From positions 134,103-198,102 of the forward strand of contig JACMNQ010000057.1 in the NCBI GenBank assembly GCA_014378465.1: a stretch of 64,000 nt of DNA. The letters run 5' to 3'. Within the stretch, counting starts at the first letter, position 1; every line of letters begins with the position of its first letter. The DNA is from Oligoflexia bacterium. Its GTDB lineage: Bacteria > Bdellovibrionota > UBA1018. Shown piece after piece: positions 1 through 10,047 of this stretch. The translations under genes and the position numbers were made by a program. A model generated the notes under the pieces. That model did not search any database and was not told the origin of the DNA. It saw only the letters and a program-made list of their open reading frames with translations.

Positions 1-798
1 CCCTTCAGCTGGAGCATGCTGGCTCTCTGCGCCGGACTTTACTACCTGCGAATGTTCGGCATCACCGCTGGTTATCATCGCTATTTTTCTCACCGCGCTT
101 ACAAGACCCATCGCGTGTTTCAGTTCGTGATCGCCTGGATCGGAACGATGTCCGTTCAGAAAGGCGTGCTCTGGTGGGCCGCCAATCATCGCCACCATCA
201 CAAGTTTTCAGATCAACCCAACGACATTCATTCACCGATTCAGAGTGGCTTCTGGTGGTCTCATGTCGGATGGATTCTCAATGAGAAGAATGATCCCGTT
301 CGCTGGGATCAGATTCCTGACCTCGCGAAATTTCCAGAACTGATCTGGCTCAACAACCATTTTCTCATTCCACCGGTGCTGCTGGCGGCTACCCTCTTTG
401 CCGTGGGCGGATGGAGCGCATTCATCTGGGGATTCTGCGTGAGCACCGTGGCCCTGTGGCATGGGACCTTCACGATCAATTCACTCTCCCACGTCTTCGG
501 CTCTCGCCGCTACCAGACGACCGACACGAGCCGAAACAATTTCTGGCTCGCGCTCATCACTCTGGGAGAAGGCTGGCACAACAATCATCACACTTACATG
601 AGCAGCGCCAATCAGGGCTTCTTCTGGTGGGAAGTGGATGGAAGCTTTTACCTCCTGAAAACGCTTTCCTGGATCGGCGTCACTCATGACCTGAGAAAGC
701 CACCGTTGAAATTGCTCGAATCAAAACGAATTCAGCCTTCTCGATTTGCACGTCGCAGTCTTCTGAAAATGGAAAAACTCGTAAAGTCCGCGTCTTGA
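1..798 (+). CDS. Acyl-CoA (delta-9) fatty acid desaturase, 5' end probably truncated by the window edge
   Basis: Three histidine boxes (HRYFSH, HRHHH, HNNHH) and the conserved membrane desaturase core. The first in-frame M at 16 gives a product shorter than is typical for the family. Confidence 0.85.
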   Translation, partial: PFSWSMLALCAGLYYLRMFGITAGYHRYFSHRAYKTHRVFQFVIAWIGTMSVQKGVLWWAANHRHHHKFSDQPNDIHSPIQSGFWWSHVGWILNEKNDPVRWDQIPDLAKFPELIWLNNHFLIPPVLLAATLFAVGGWSAFIWGFCVSTVALWHGTFTINSLSHVFGSRRYQTTDTSRNNFWLALITLGEGWHNNHHTYMSSANQGFFWWEVDGSFYLLKTLSWIGVTHDLRKPPLKLLESKRIQPSRFARRSLLKMEKLVKSAS

Positions 799-844
799 AA
801 AAAGGATGAGGTCTCCTCCATGAGGAAACTTCATCACCCTCCCG

Positions 845-1117
845 TCAGGTCTTTGCAGGTGCAGCAGGTTGCGCAGCTGCTGCCGGTGCAGTTTCTTCCT
901 GGTGAGGGTGGTGTTTGCACTGTTTGCTTTTGCCACTTCCCTTCTTGCAACTCTCGGCATTGCATTCCTGACCCGTGCATTCCTTCTGAGAGCACTGTTT
1001 CACCTCACAGGCCTGAGCCGAAGAAGTTGCGTTTACACTTGCCAGGGTCAGGCTCAAAGTGGCCAGAGTGAACACAATGAACCGACTGCCGAAAACCGTT
1101 TTATTGACACTGCGCAT
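845..1117 (-). CDS. Small secreted cysteine-rich protein (90 aa), hypothetical
   Basis: N-terminal signal peptide (MRSVNKTVFGSRFIVFTLATLSLTLASVNA). The mature part carries repeated C-x-x-x-C spacing (CEVKQC, CSQKEC, CTGQEC, CNAESC) and an HHPH stretch. GGGAG lies 5 nt upstream of the ATG. Confidence 0.5.
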   Translation of the reverse strand: MRSVNKTVFGSRFIVFTLATLSLTLASVNATSSAQACEVKQCSQKECTGQECNAESCKKGSGKSKQCKHHPHQEETAPAAAAQPAAPAKT

Positions 1118-1322
1118 AAAATCTCCCGCGGATGTTTTGAAATTTCGGAGCCGAAATCCGCCACTCTGAGTGTAAATGAAACTGTGGATTATTCCACCGT
1201 GTCGAGCATGACCCCGCTTTTTCAGCCAATCTGAAGCCTTCCTGATGACCGGGCGTTATTCTTCATAATCTGTTTAAATATGAGTTGGCAAAGCCGTCCT
1301 TTAACGCTAGACCAACCGCACT

Positions 1323-1796
1323 ATGAAACGTGGACGTCCAAAGGGTCGCAGTCGCGACAGTCGGTCATTTGGTCCTTTAGGGGATCTCATTCGCAAATTT
1401 CGCCTCGACAAGGGCCTGGGTCTTTCAGACGTGGCCAAGGCATGCCAGTGTTCAGTTCAGTTCATTTCGAACATTGAACATGGCCGCGCTCCTCTCCCCT
1501 GGGAGAAGGTCGGACCGCTTTCGAACTATCTGAAGATTCCAGTCGAAGAACTTCAGGCCGCCAATCTCGCGATCCGCTCTGACTTCAAGAGCTTCGTGAA
1601 AACCACCAAAGGCAAGGGCGGACCCAAGTCCGTCAAGACTCCAGGAATTCTTCTTGGAATGACAGGCGCCGCCTCTGCAGGCGCGATGACCGCGAAAGAC
1701 GCCGCACTTCAGGAAATCCTTCAGAAGTACCAGGCCGCCACTCTCGCGAATCGCAAGAAATTCGTGAAAGAAGCCCTCAAGACTCTGGCTTCGTAA
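1323..1796 (+). CDS. Helix-turn-helix (XRE-like) DNA-binding protein
   Basis: HTH segment LSDVAKACQCSVQFISNIEHGR with a basic N-terminus. The 3' end overlaps the convergent folA by about 20 nt. Confidence 0.55.
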   Translation: MKRGRPKGRSRDSRSFGPLGDLIRKFRLDKGLGLSDVAKACQCSVQFISNIEHGRAPLPWEKVGPLSNYLKIPVEELQAANLAIRSDFKSFVKTTKGKGGPKSVKTPGILLGMTGAASAGAMTAKDAALQEILQKYQAATLANRKKFVKEALKTLAS

Positions 1797-2286
1797 GCTT
1801 TCTTTCCAAAACCACAAAACTGAAACGTGGAGCGCCGTCATGGGCTTCACGTTTTTTTTCGTCAAAACTCTGGGGATTCCACTTCGGGAAATACGCATCT
1901 CCCCCGCTCACGGTCGTTTCGACTTCCGTGATGTAAAGTCGATCCGCATGGGGCAATGCCATCTCATAGATTTCGGAACCCCCGATCACGAAAAGCTCTT
2001 CCGTTGTCGGAGCCTTCGCGAGGATCTCCTCGAGCGCCCCATTCCACGAACTGACGACGCACGCACCTTCCGGCGCGACGAAACTCTTCTGCCGGGTCAT
2101 GATCACATTGAGTCGATTCGGAAGAAGCCTGCCGATGGATTCAAAAGTCTTGCGTCCCATCAGGACCGGGCGCCCCGATGTGGTCTTTCGAAAGTACTTC
2201 AGATCTTCGGGCAGATGCCAGGGCAGACGATTTTCGACGCCGATCACCCGGTTCTGATCCATGGCCGCGATGAGACTGATGATCAT
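1777..2286 (-). CDS. folA: Dihydrofolate reductase
   Basis: MIISLIAAMDQNRVIGVENRLPWHLPEDLKYFRKTT..GRKTFESIG is a classic DHFR signature. Adjacent to thyA. Confidence 0.9.
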   Translation of the reverse strand: MIISLIAAMDQNRVIGVENRLPWHLPEDLKYFRKTTSGRPVLMGRKTFESIGRLLPNRLNVIMTRQKSFVAPEGACVVSSWNGALEEILAKAPTTEELFVIGGSEIYEMALPHADRLYITEVETTVSGGDAYFPKWNPQSFDEKKREAHDGAPRFSFVVLERKLTKPES

Positions 2287-2310
2287 AAAATCCTTTTCAG
2301 GCCAACGCCT

Positions 2311-3105
2311 TCAGATCGCTATGGGTGCCTTGATTCCCGGGTGGGGATCGTAGCCCACGAGTTCAAAATCCTCGAAATTGTAATCAAAAATCGAATTGTG
2401 GGGATTCTTGATCGTCATGCGTGGCAAAGGCCGCGGTTCCCGCGTCAGCTGCAGTTTGGCCTGCTCGATGTGATTCAGATACAGGTGAGCGTCTCCCAGC
2501 GTGTGCACGAAATCGCCCAGCTTCAGATCCGTTACCTGCGCGATCATCTGCATGAGAAGCGCGTAACTCGCGATATTGAAGGGCACTCCCAGAAAGATAT
2601 CGGCGCTGCGCTGGTAGAGCTGGCAGGACAACTTTCCTTCCGCCACATAGAATTGAAAGAAGGCATGACAGGGCGGCAACGCCATCTTGGAAATCTCAGC
2701 CACGTTCCAGGCGCTCACGATGAGGCGGCGAGAGTCCGGGTTCTTCTTGATCTGTTCAATGACCTGGGAAATCTGATCAATGGCCTGGCCGTCGGCTCCA
2801 CGCCAGGTGCGCCACTGGGATCCGTAGACCGGACCGAGATTGCCTTCGGCATCGGCCCACTCGTCCCAGATGCTCACGCCATTGTCCTTCAGATACTTGA
2901 TATTGGTCTCGCCCGAGAGAAACCAGAGCAACTCATGAATGATCGAGCGCAGATGCACTTTCTTGGTCGTGACGAGAGGAAATCCTTCCTCCAGGGGGTA
3001 GCGCATCTGGTAGCCAAACACGCTTTTGGTGCCGGTCCCGGTCCGGTCGCTTTTTTCAGTTCCGTTTTCGAGAACGTGGCGTAAAAGGTCTTGATAGGCT
3101 CGCAT
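2311..3105 (-). CDS. thyA: Thymidylate synthase
   Basis: ThyA motifs present ([25 protein letters not shown]). The ORF was trimmed to the internal ATG (MRAYQDLL) at 3105; the upstream extension looks non-native. Confidence 0.9.
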   Translation of the reverse strand: MRAYQDLLRHVLENGTEKSDRTGTGTKSVFGYQMRYPLEEGFPLVTTKKVHLRSIIHELLWFLSGETNIKYLKDNGVSIWDEWADAEGNLGPVYGSQWRTWRGADGQAIDQISQVIEQIKKNPDSRRLIVSAWNVAEISKMALPPCHAFFQFYVAEGKLSCQLYQRSADIFLGVPFNIASYALLMQMIAQVTDLKLGDFVHTLGDAHLYLNHIEQAKLQLTREPRPLPRMTIKNPHNSIFDYNFEDFELVGYDPHPGIKAPIAI

Positions 3106-3163
3106 GACTTTTATTTTTACCCCATAACGCGATGCTTTTACCAAGTACAATTCCAGGAAACTC

Positions 3164-3835
3164 ATGCAATCCGAGCTCATTCCCACGATCCTTTTCGAAG
3201 ACCCGCACCTGGTCGTGCTGTCCAAGCCGGCTGGACTCCTGAGCCAAGGCGAAGTCACGGGCGATGATAACCTGGTGGACTGGCTGAGGGGGCATTTCGG
3301 CCGCAAATACGTGGGCCTCGTCCATCGGCTGGACCGAAACACTTCGGGAATCATGATTGTCGCCAAGCGAACGAAATCCGCTCAGCGTCTGACTGATTCG
3401 CTTCAGGAAGGCAAAATTCAAAGGAACTACCAGGCCTGGCTCGAAGGCCGCCTGGAAACCGCCGTTCGCTGGGAGCACCTGCTTCTCAAGGATGCGGACA
3501 AGAATGTCGTGAAAGTGGTTCGCAGCAACCCCAAAGCACAAAAGGCGATTCTGCACGCAGTCCCCCTTCAGCAGGCTCGCTATCAGGGGCTGCAACTCAC
3601 ACTTGCCGAAATCGAGCTCGAAACCGGACGCTCGCACCAGATCCGTGCACAGGCTGCGCACGAGGGCTACCCACTTCTGGGTGATGTGAAATACGGATCC
3701 AATTCAGCGAGTTCCAGGAAATTCGGAAGACCCGCGCTCCACTCTCATCGACTCAAGTTTCCGCATCCGATGACTGAAGCGGAGATGAGTTTCGAAGCGC
3801 CCTTGCCACCCGACATGCGCTCGCTGCTGTCCTGA
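3164..3835 (+). CDS. RluA-family pseudouridine synthase
   Basis: [15 protein letters not shown] catalytic Asp motif and a GRSHQIR motif. Confidence 0.8.
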   Translation: MQSELIPTILFEDPHLVVLSKPAGLLSQGEVTGDDNLVDWLRGHFGRKYVGLVHRLDRNTSGIMIVAKRTKSAQRLTDSLQEGKIQRNYQAWLEGRLETAVRWEHLLLKDADKNVVKVVRSNPKAQKAILHAVPLQQARYQGLQLTLAEIELETGRSHQIRAQAAHEGYPLLGDVKYGSNSASSRKFGRPALHSHRLKFPHPMTEAEMSFEAPLPPDMRSLLS

Positions 3836-3953
3836 GCCTTTAACTTCCTGAGCTGAACTTGAACGCTGAGTCACCTTGAGAAAAGGTGGAGAAAGATCAA
3901 AATTGAAACTGTGAGGAAGCTTGATCGAGCTCATTTGAATTCAGGCCCGGAAA

Positions 3954-4952
3954 TCATTCCAGCGCTTTGAGAACCCATCCCTTCAAGTACCGACTTTTCG
4001 GGTCTCCCAGCTTCGTCGGAAAGGTCACAGGCTGCTGAATCTCCCGCAGGACCTCGAAACTTCTCTTGCGGGAGCGCGCAGCCAGCCCGACGTCGCTCTC
4101 GAATTTGGACAGGGTTACGTTGGCAGAATTGATCGAAGTGATGAGCACGCCTTCAGGAGCCAGAACGTCCAGTGCGGCCTCGTGGAGCTTGACCAGATCC
4201 TTTGCCGTCGAAAAGCGTCCATTCTTGCTGGTCGAGGACGAGGGAGGATCGAGGATCACGCAGTCAAAGAGTTGCTTCTCGCGCTTGAGCCTTGGCAACC
4301 ATTCGAAGTAATCTCCATGAATGAAACGGGACTGATCGAGCTTCAGCCCGTTGAGTTCCCAGTTTTCCTGAGCCCAGTTCAGCGTGGGCTTCGAAAGATC
4401 CAGAGTCGTGACATGGGAGGCGCCGCCGAGTCCCGCCGCGACGGACAGACTCCCCGTGTAAGCGAATGTGTTCAGAACCTTCCAATCTCTCGCGTTCTCA
4501 AGCAGCCAGAGTCGCAAGGGTGAGTGATCCATGAAAAGGCCGGGGTGCCTCGTATTGAGAAATCGAATCCAGACTTTGCAGCGTCCTTCAGAAACTGCGA
4601 TTTTTTCAGGCGGCGTCCCAAAGAGCGCTTTCGCTTCCGCCGGAACTCCTCGCTCAGGGCGTTCAAGAATCACTGCGGATCTCGCGGCCTTTGATTTCAG
4701 GAATTCGATCAACTCTTTTTTGACCGCATCCCCCAGTGCCTTTTGAGGCCCATCGCCTTTTTCCCATTCAATGACCCAGTAGTGATCCTGAAATTTTTCG
4801 ATGGCGATCTGGGAGAGGACGCCGAGCGAATCCCCGGGCCCATGAAACACTCGCAGAGCTTCCGTGTGCGAGAAAAGCGCGTCGCGGAGCTTCCAGGCGG
4901 CTTCGAGTTCGTGACGGATCGAGTTCAGGCTAGAATTCGCGCCGGCATTCAT
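3954..4952 (-). CDS. SAM-dependent rRNA methyltransferase (RlmI/RlmK-like, class I MTase)
   Basis: VLDPPSSS (DPPxF-like) motif, VLNTFAYTGSLSVAAG SAM-binding fold, N-terminal PUA-like region. Confidence 0.7.
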   Translation of the reverse strand: MNAGANSSLNSIRHELEAAWKLRDALFSHTEALRVFHGPGDSLGVLSQIAIEKFQDHYWVIEWEKGDGPQKALGDAVKKELIEFLKSKAARSAVILERPERGVPAEAKALFGTPPEKIAVSEGRCKVWIRFLNTRHPGLFMDHSPLRLWLLENARDWKVLNTFAYTGSLSVAAGLGGASHVTTLDLSKPTLNWAQENWELNGLKLDQSRFIHGDYFEWLPRLKREKQLFDCVILDPPSSSTSKNGRFSTAKDLVKLHEAALDVLAPEGVLITSINSANVTLSKFESDVGLAARSRKRSFEVLREIQQPVTFPTKLGDPKSRYLKGWVLKALE

Positions 4953-5587
4953 GAGGTGGACTTCCGCAAAAGGCCCAGCCAGCTCTGAAAATCTTCAGGC
5001 AAGGGAGCTTCGAACTTTTCGCCGGAAGGAAGCTCGAGTGAGGAGGCATGCAGCGCGACTCGCGGGACCTTCAACTCCTGAAAACCTGGAGTGCCCGCAA
5101 AATCCTTCCGCCCCGAATACTTGACGTCTCCCAGGAGCGGATAACCCAGCGACGAAAGATGAATGCGGATCTGATGGCGGCGTCCAGTCTGGAGACGGAC
5201 CTGTCCCAGGAATACTTCACTCGCAGCTTCCTTGAAACGTTCCTTCACCTCAACCTGCGTGACTGACGGAGAATCATCAATCGGAGCGTTGATCTTGAAA
5301 ACCGGAAGCGCCGGATTGCCAGTCGCCAGACAATGGTACAGCTTCTTGGCCAGGTGTTTTTGAAACCACTGATTGGCCTGACGGTGGGCGTCTTCGGAAC
5401 GCGCGAAGAGAATGACCCCACTGGTCTCGACATCCAGCCGGTGCGTGACCCAGATGTCTCCACACTTCTCGCGAACATAATCGGTCAGGACCGGGGCCTG
5501 CGAGCGACCGGGGATGCTGAGCCAGCCCGCTGGCTTGTTCACCACAACCCACTGATCTGTTTTGTGCAGGATTTCCGGCTCGGGCAT
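4949..5587 (-). CDS. RluA-family pseudouridine synthase
   Basis: HRLDVETSGVILFAR and GRRHQIRIH motifs. 4-nt overlap with the upstream methyltransferase gene. Confidence 0.8.
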   Translation of the reverse strand: MPEPEILHKTDQWVVVNKPAGWLSIPGRSQAPVLTDYVREKCGDIWVTHRLDVETSGVILFARSEDAHRQANQWFQKHLAKKLYHCLATGNPALPVFKINAPIDDSPSVTQVEVKERFKEAASEVFLGQVRLQTGRRHQIRIHLSSLGYPLLGDVKYSGRKDFAGTPGFQELKVPRVALHASSLELPSGEKFEAPLPEDFQSWLGLLRKSTS

Positions 5588-5631
5588 ATCAGCACGCTAC
5601 CATTTCCTGCGAGCTGTGGTACCCCTTTTTT

Positions 5632-6324
5632 ATGATCCCATTCGTGAAACGCGCCCCCATCCTCAGTTCAATTCTGGGTCTGACTCTCCTCTTTCTTGCC
5701 TACTGCGGTTACCTGATTTCGAAGCCGGATTCAGACGTCACCTTCGTCAGAAATGTGCCCAGTACCCTCACCCCGCAAGCTCTCGGAAAGTCCGTCGCCC
5801 TCCTGCAGGACTGGCCCCTCTGGCACCACGAAATGACGTCGGCTGAACTTCTCGATGGTCGTGGGCAACCTTACTCGCGGCGCGATCAGATGCTGAACGC
5901 CAGTTCCCAGGGTGGACTCGTGCTGTTGAAGATCGAAAATCCGCAGAAGCAGTGGAAGCGTTTTGAACTCACCGCCAAGATCGTCGAATACAGGCCAGAT
6001 CAACTGATCCACCTCAAACTCCTCAGAGACTCGAAGAACAAGATCACGCAGCTCTTCGACACTCTCGAGTGGAAGATCGAGTTTCTACCCCTGGATCCTG
6101 CAGACGCATCACCGAGAAATAAGGGCAAGGACATCACCCTGGTGCGCGGAACCGTGATCGGCCACACGGACCACTGGAGAGGCCGACTTTTCTGCGGGCT
6201 CACTCCACGCATCATCATGAATCAGGTCCTGAATGCAGATCTCGTGAAGCTTGCGACAGTTGATCAGGAGCTGGCCTTGAAGGCGCAGGCCGAACCAAAA
6301 GCCGCTGAACAGACGCACAATTAG
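5632..6324 (+). CDS. Hypothetical membrane-anchored protein
   Basis: N-terminal TM helix (ILSSILGLTLLFLAYCGYLI). No recognised domain. Confidence 0.4.
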   Translation: MIPFVKRAPILSSILGLTLLFLAYCGYLISKPDSDVTFVRNVPSTLTPQALGKSVALLQDWPLWHHEMTSAELLDGRGQPYSRRDQMLNASSQGGLVLLKIENPQKQWKRFELTAKIVEYRPDQLIHLKLLRDSKNKITQLFDTLEWKIEFLPLDPADASPRNKGKDITLVRGTVIGHTDHWRGRLFCGLTPRIIMNQVLNADLVKLATVDQELALKAQAEPKAAEQTHN

Positions 6325-6356
6325 GAGTTCAACAGTGGAGTTGCGTCCCTCTCAAA

Positions 6357-6740
6357 TCAACTGAAAAGTGGAGTTGCGTCGACGTAAGAACGATAGTTCT
6401 CGATCAATGGGCGCTTGAGCTTCAGACTTTCCGCTGTAAACTCAAAAACACATGCAAACGGGAGTTCGATCTTCTTGCCGTCTTTTCGGCTGTAGATGAC
6501 CATTCCCTCCACAAACAAATGAGAATCTGAATTCAACCCCGTGTTGGTCACCTGATGGCCGATTGCCTCAAGTTGTTCAAAAACGCCTTGAGCGACCTGA
6601 GCGATCGCAGTGCGTCCTACCGCAGGAGGATGATTTGCGAACTTGAAGGACCCGCTTTCAGAAAACCGTTCCGCAAAGGAATGTGCGTTCATGGTGTCGA
6701 TCACGTCGTAAAACTCGCCCAAATAGGTATTCCAGTTCAT
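6357..6740 (-). CDS. NTF2/SnoaL-like fold protein (hypothetical)
   Basis: Size and pattern resemble the SnoaL/DUF4440-like fold. Weak assignment. Confidence 0.4.
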   Translation of the reverse strand: MNWNTYLGEFYDVIDTMNAHSFAERFSESGSFKFANHPPAVGRTAIAQVAQGVFEQLEAIGHQVTNTGLNSDSHLFVEGMVIYSRKDGKKIELPFACVFEFTAESLKLKRPLIENYRSYVDATPLFS

Positions 6741-6807
6741 GCGCGTAGTTTACTCATCACTAAACTACGCGGTCAAGGCAAATTGGACTGCTACTCCGGG
6801 AACAGCT

Positions 6808-7350
6808 TTACCGGGTCCGCTTCTTTCGCTCAGACTTCGCAGGCCGACCAATTTTTTTGGAAAGCACCATTTTGCGCAGTCCTTGTTTATATTTCAGCAG
6901 GAGATCGAGCACTTTTTCATCCGGCTTCTTTCCACCGGCGCCAATGATCTGCGCCGCCAAAATTCCGGCGTTGAAAGCGTTGCCAATGGCCACCGTGGCC
7001 ACCGGAACGCCTCGGGGCATCTGTACGATCGAGAGAAGCGCGTCTTGCCCCTGCAAGTGACCGATGGGAACCGGCACCCCTATGACTGGCAATTCGGTAT
7101 GAGCCGCCACCATACCGGGCAAGTGAGCAGCCCCACCCGCTCCCGCAATGATCACCTGGACTCCCCGTTTACGGGCAGATTCCGCGAACTTCGCCATTTC
7201 GACCGGAGTGCGGTGCGCGGAGATGATGTGCATTTCAAAACTGATTTCAAGTTCTTCCAGGGCTTCGGCCGCAGCTTTCATGACTGGGAGATCTGAATCA
7301 CTCCCCATGATGATGGAGACTCGGTGGATTTTCTTACTCTTTTTTTTCAT
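6808..7350 (-). CDS. purE: N5-carboxyaminoimidazole ribonucleotide mutase
   Basis: [25 protein letters not shown] signature. The ATG overlaps the purK stop (ATGA). Confidence 0.9.
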   Translation of the reverse strand: MKKKSKKIHRVSIIMGSDSDLPVMKAAAEALEELEISFEMHIISAHRTPVEMAKFAESARKRGVQVIIAGAGGAAHLPGMVAAHTELPVIGVPVPIGHLQGQDALLSIVQMPRGVPVATVAIGNAFNAGILAAQIIGAGGKKPDEKVLDLLLKYKQGLRKMVLSKKIGRPAKSERKKRTR

Positions 7351-8576
7351 GATGTTCGGATCTCTTTCGCCCACGCCTGAAGCAGGGTCTCAATTTTTTG
7401 AAACGATTTCTGAAGTTCCGCGGGAGTGCGCGCAGTCAGATTGAAGTGCCCCATCTTGCGGCCGGAACGGATTTCATTTTTACCGTACCAGTGGAAGTGA
7501 CTCTCTGAGGTCGAAGTCGGCAATCGGACGGAAGCGGAGGGCACGGCCACGCCCCCGGGTCCCAGCAGATTGAGCATGCCAAAGCAGGGTTCGGACTGAG
7601 TGCTTCCCAAGGGGTGACCCAGAACCGCGCGCAGGTGATTCTCAAACTGGCTCGTCTGGGATGCGTCCTGCGTGTAGTGCCCGGTATTGTGCACTCGAGG
7701 CGCCAGTTCATTCACCAGAAGTTCGCCTTCGTGAGTTTCAAAAAACTCGATGCCGAAACAGCCGAAAAGCCGAGCCTCCCGGGCGACTTTGTGAGCGGCA
7801 GCCTTGGCCTGAGCCTGAAGTTCCGCGCTCACACCCCAGAGACTGGCCGGCCCCAGGACCTTGCGACAGATGCCTTTTTCCTGCTCCGAGATCACCAGCG
7901 GATACGCGGTGAATTCGTCAGACTTCGAGTAACAGCCGATCACGGCGAGTTCGCGCACGAAGGAAATTTTTTCTTCGACGAAGAGAGGGAGACCACGCTC
8001 GTGAGCCTGCTCGCAGAATGAGACGACTTCGCGTTCCAGGCCACTCTTCGAGCCAGGGGTGCCCGCCCCTGCCGGGACGATGAAAGTGCCCTTGCCGTCA
8101 TAGCCCTGCTCGGCCCATTTGAAGACAAGGCCCTGGTTAAACTCACCGAGCATTCGCAGTGCCCAGGCTTTCACCGATTCAATTTTTGGATCGTATTCCT
8201 GGTAAGCGGCTGAAGGGATTTCCAGCGACGAAAGCAGTTTCTTCTGTCTCAGTTTATTCTGGAGAAGTTTCAAAGTCTGGAGCGCTGGAATGAACTCCAC
8301 GTTCAATCCACGAGCGGCGACCTCGAGCAGATCACAGTCGACAAATTCATTTTCAAAAAGGCAGACCGCCACTTGCGATAAAAACCTGCGCAAGGAAACG
8401 AGATCTCGAGCCTGCCCATACACCGCATCGGGACTGAGCGAAGCGGCCGGGTCTTGAGACGAATCCGTATAGACGAGAGGATGCAGCCCCATCCGATAAG
8501 CCGGTTCGAGGAGCATTTTCGAGAGCTGCCCTCCCCCCAGAATGCCGATTTGAAATGCCGAAGTCCCAATCTTCAT
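7347..8576 (-). CDS. purK: N5-carboxyaminoimidazole ribonucleotide synthase (ATP-grasp)
   Basis: [11 protein letters not shown]-terminus and an ATP-grasp core. Coupled to purE. Confidence 0.9.
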   Translation of the reverse strand: MKIGTSAFQIGILGGGQLSKMLLEPAYRMGLHPLVYTDSSQDPAASLSPDAVYGQARDLVSLRRFLSQVAVCLFENEFVDCDLLEVAARGLNVEFIPALQTLKLLQNKLRQKKLLSSLEIPSAAYQEYDPKIESVKAWALRMLGEFNQGLVFKWAEQGYDGKGTFIVPAGAGTPGSKSGLEREVVSFCEQAHERGLPLFVEEKISFVRELAVIGCYSKSDEFTAYPLVISEQEKGICRKVLGPASLWGVSAELQAQAKAAAHKVAREARLFGCFGIEFFETHEGELLVNELAPRVHNTGHYTQDASQTSQFENHLRAVLGHPLGSTQSEPCFGMLNLLGPGGVAVPSASVRLPTSTSESHFHWYGKNEIRSGRKMGHFNLTARTPAELQKSFQKIETLLQAWAKEIRTS

Positions 8577-8591
8577 GGTATTTTAACTTTC

Positions 8592-10040
8592 ATGACGTCA
8601 GCCATGAATCCCGTTTTCGTCCAGAACGCCCTCAAGACTGTCCTCGTGGCTCAGACGGCAGGTGCGACTCATCGCACCACAGAAACCCTTCCCTACTCAT
8701 CAATTACAACGGATTCGAGAAAAATCCAAAAGTGTTGTCTGTTCGTTGCCATTGCGGGCGATAAATTCGACGGGCATGATTTCATCGGCGCAGCCGTCGC
8801 CGGGGGTGCAAGCGCGGTGATCTGTCGCGAGGACTTTGCAGTACCCGCCGGAGCGCCGGAAACTGTCCAGTTTTTCAGGGTCGCGGACACGGTCGAAGCC
8901 TACCGTACCCTGGCAGGTGCGTGGAGACGGGAATTCACGATCCCCGTGATTCTGGTCGCCGGCAGTGTCGGCAAGACCACCACCAAGGAACTCCTCTCGG
9001 CCCTGCTGAAGGGAAAATTCACCGAAGTCCTCAAAACGGCAGGCTCCCAGAATGGCTACGTCGGGATCCCGATGACTCTGCTTGAACTCAGGCCCCATCA
9101 TCAGGTGGCCGTGATCGAAGTCGGGATTGACGAAATCGGAGCGATGGTTCAGCACACGAAACTCGTACAGGCCGATCATTCGATCCTCACGGCAATCGGT
9201 CCGGAGCATCTTGAAAAATTGATTGATGTTCCAACCGTGGCACGTGAAGAATCGTTGGCTCTCACCGAAGTTTCAGAACGCGGCGGCGCCGTCGTGCTGC
9301 GTCTGGATGATGAATGGATCGCCCCGCTTGCGACAAAGCTGAAGACACCGAAAAAGTCCGGCTTCACACTCTCCAGTTCCGGACTTTCTCAGGCCAACGC
9401 ACAGACGCTGGTCGGAGAACTCACCCACTCCGCCTCGCAGATGAAATTTTCGGGAATGGGCCTCGAGCCCGCTGAAATTGAACTGCCTCTGCTCGGAGTT
9501 CACAATGCCGTGAATCTTCTCGGCGCGATCGCGATGGCCCGTGCCGTTGGACTCACTCGCCAGGAAATTCTCGACGGTCTGAAGACATTCAAGGGGACCG
9601 ATGGGCGGTCTGAACTCAAGAAGCTCAAGCAGGGCAACCCCGTCGTCTGCGATTACTACAATGCGAATCCGACTTCGGTCGAAGCAGGCCTGGAACTTCT
9701 CACCCAGGTCGCGGGGCCGAAGACGCGGTGGGCCTGCCTCGGTGACATGCTGGAACTCGGCCCGAACGAAGAGACCTTTCACCGGGATCTCTCGAAAAAA
9801 ATCCGAAAGCTCAAGATCGAGAACGTGCTCCTCTACGGGCCCCGCATGAAATGGCTGCTCTCTGAGCTGCAAAATCAGGGATTTTCAGGCTATTTGAGTC
9901 ACTTTTCGACTCACCAGGAACTGGCTCAGAGCCTGTCGTCCCAGATCACGCCTCAAGATGCGATTCTGATCAAGGGCTCACGCGGAATGAAAATGGAAGA
10001 AGTCTGGAAGGCGCTTCAACTGTCGCCTCCCGCTTCGTGA
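8592..10040 (+). CDS. murF: UDP-N-acetylmuramoyl-tripeptide--D-alanyl-D-alanine ligase
   Basis: Mur ligase P-loop VAGSVGKTTTKELL and a C-terminal GDMLELGPNEETFH motif. Start moved to the ATG at 8592 because the longer ORF would overlap the purK 5' end. Confidence 0.8.
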   Translation: MTSAMNPVFVQNALKTVLVAQTAGATHRTTETLPYSSITTDSRKIQKCCLFVAIAGDKFDGHDFIGAAVAGGASAVICREDFAVPAGAPETVQFFRVADTVEAYRTLAGAWRREFTIPVILVAGSVGKTTTKELLSALLKGKFTEVLKTAGSQNGYVGIPMTLLELRPHHQVAVIEVGIDEIGAMVQHTKLVQADHSILTAIGPEHLEKLIDVPTVAREESLALTEVSERGGAVVLRLDDEWIAPLATKLKTPKKSGFTLSSSGLSQANAQTLVGELTHSASQMKFSGMGLEPAEIELPLLGVHNAVNLLGAIAMARAVGLTRQEILDGLKTFKGTDGRSELKKLKQGNPVVCDYYNANPTSVEAGLELLTQVAGPKTRWACLGDMLELGPNEETFHRDLSKKIRKLKIENVLLYGPRMKWLLSELQNQGFSGYLSHFSTHQELAQSLSSQITPQDAILIKGSRGMKMEEVWKALQLSPPAS

Positions 10041-10047
10041 GGCCTTC

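Noticed and set aside
1825-1860. Hairpin plus T-run (AACGTG...CACGTT TTTTTTT) as terminator of the HTH gene
   Set aside because: It lies inside the 3' coding end of the convergent folA ORF. Possibly functional but cannot be distinguished from coding constraint.
1840-3084. 414-aa plus-strand ORF
   Set aside because: It lies antisense to folA and thyA, which carry unmistakable catalytic motifs. It is a shadow ORF of GC-rich coding sequence.
9273-9872. 199-aa minus-strand ORF
   Set aside because: Antisense within murF. No motifs.
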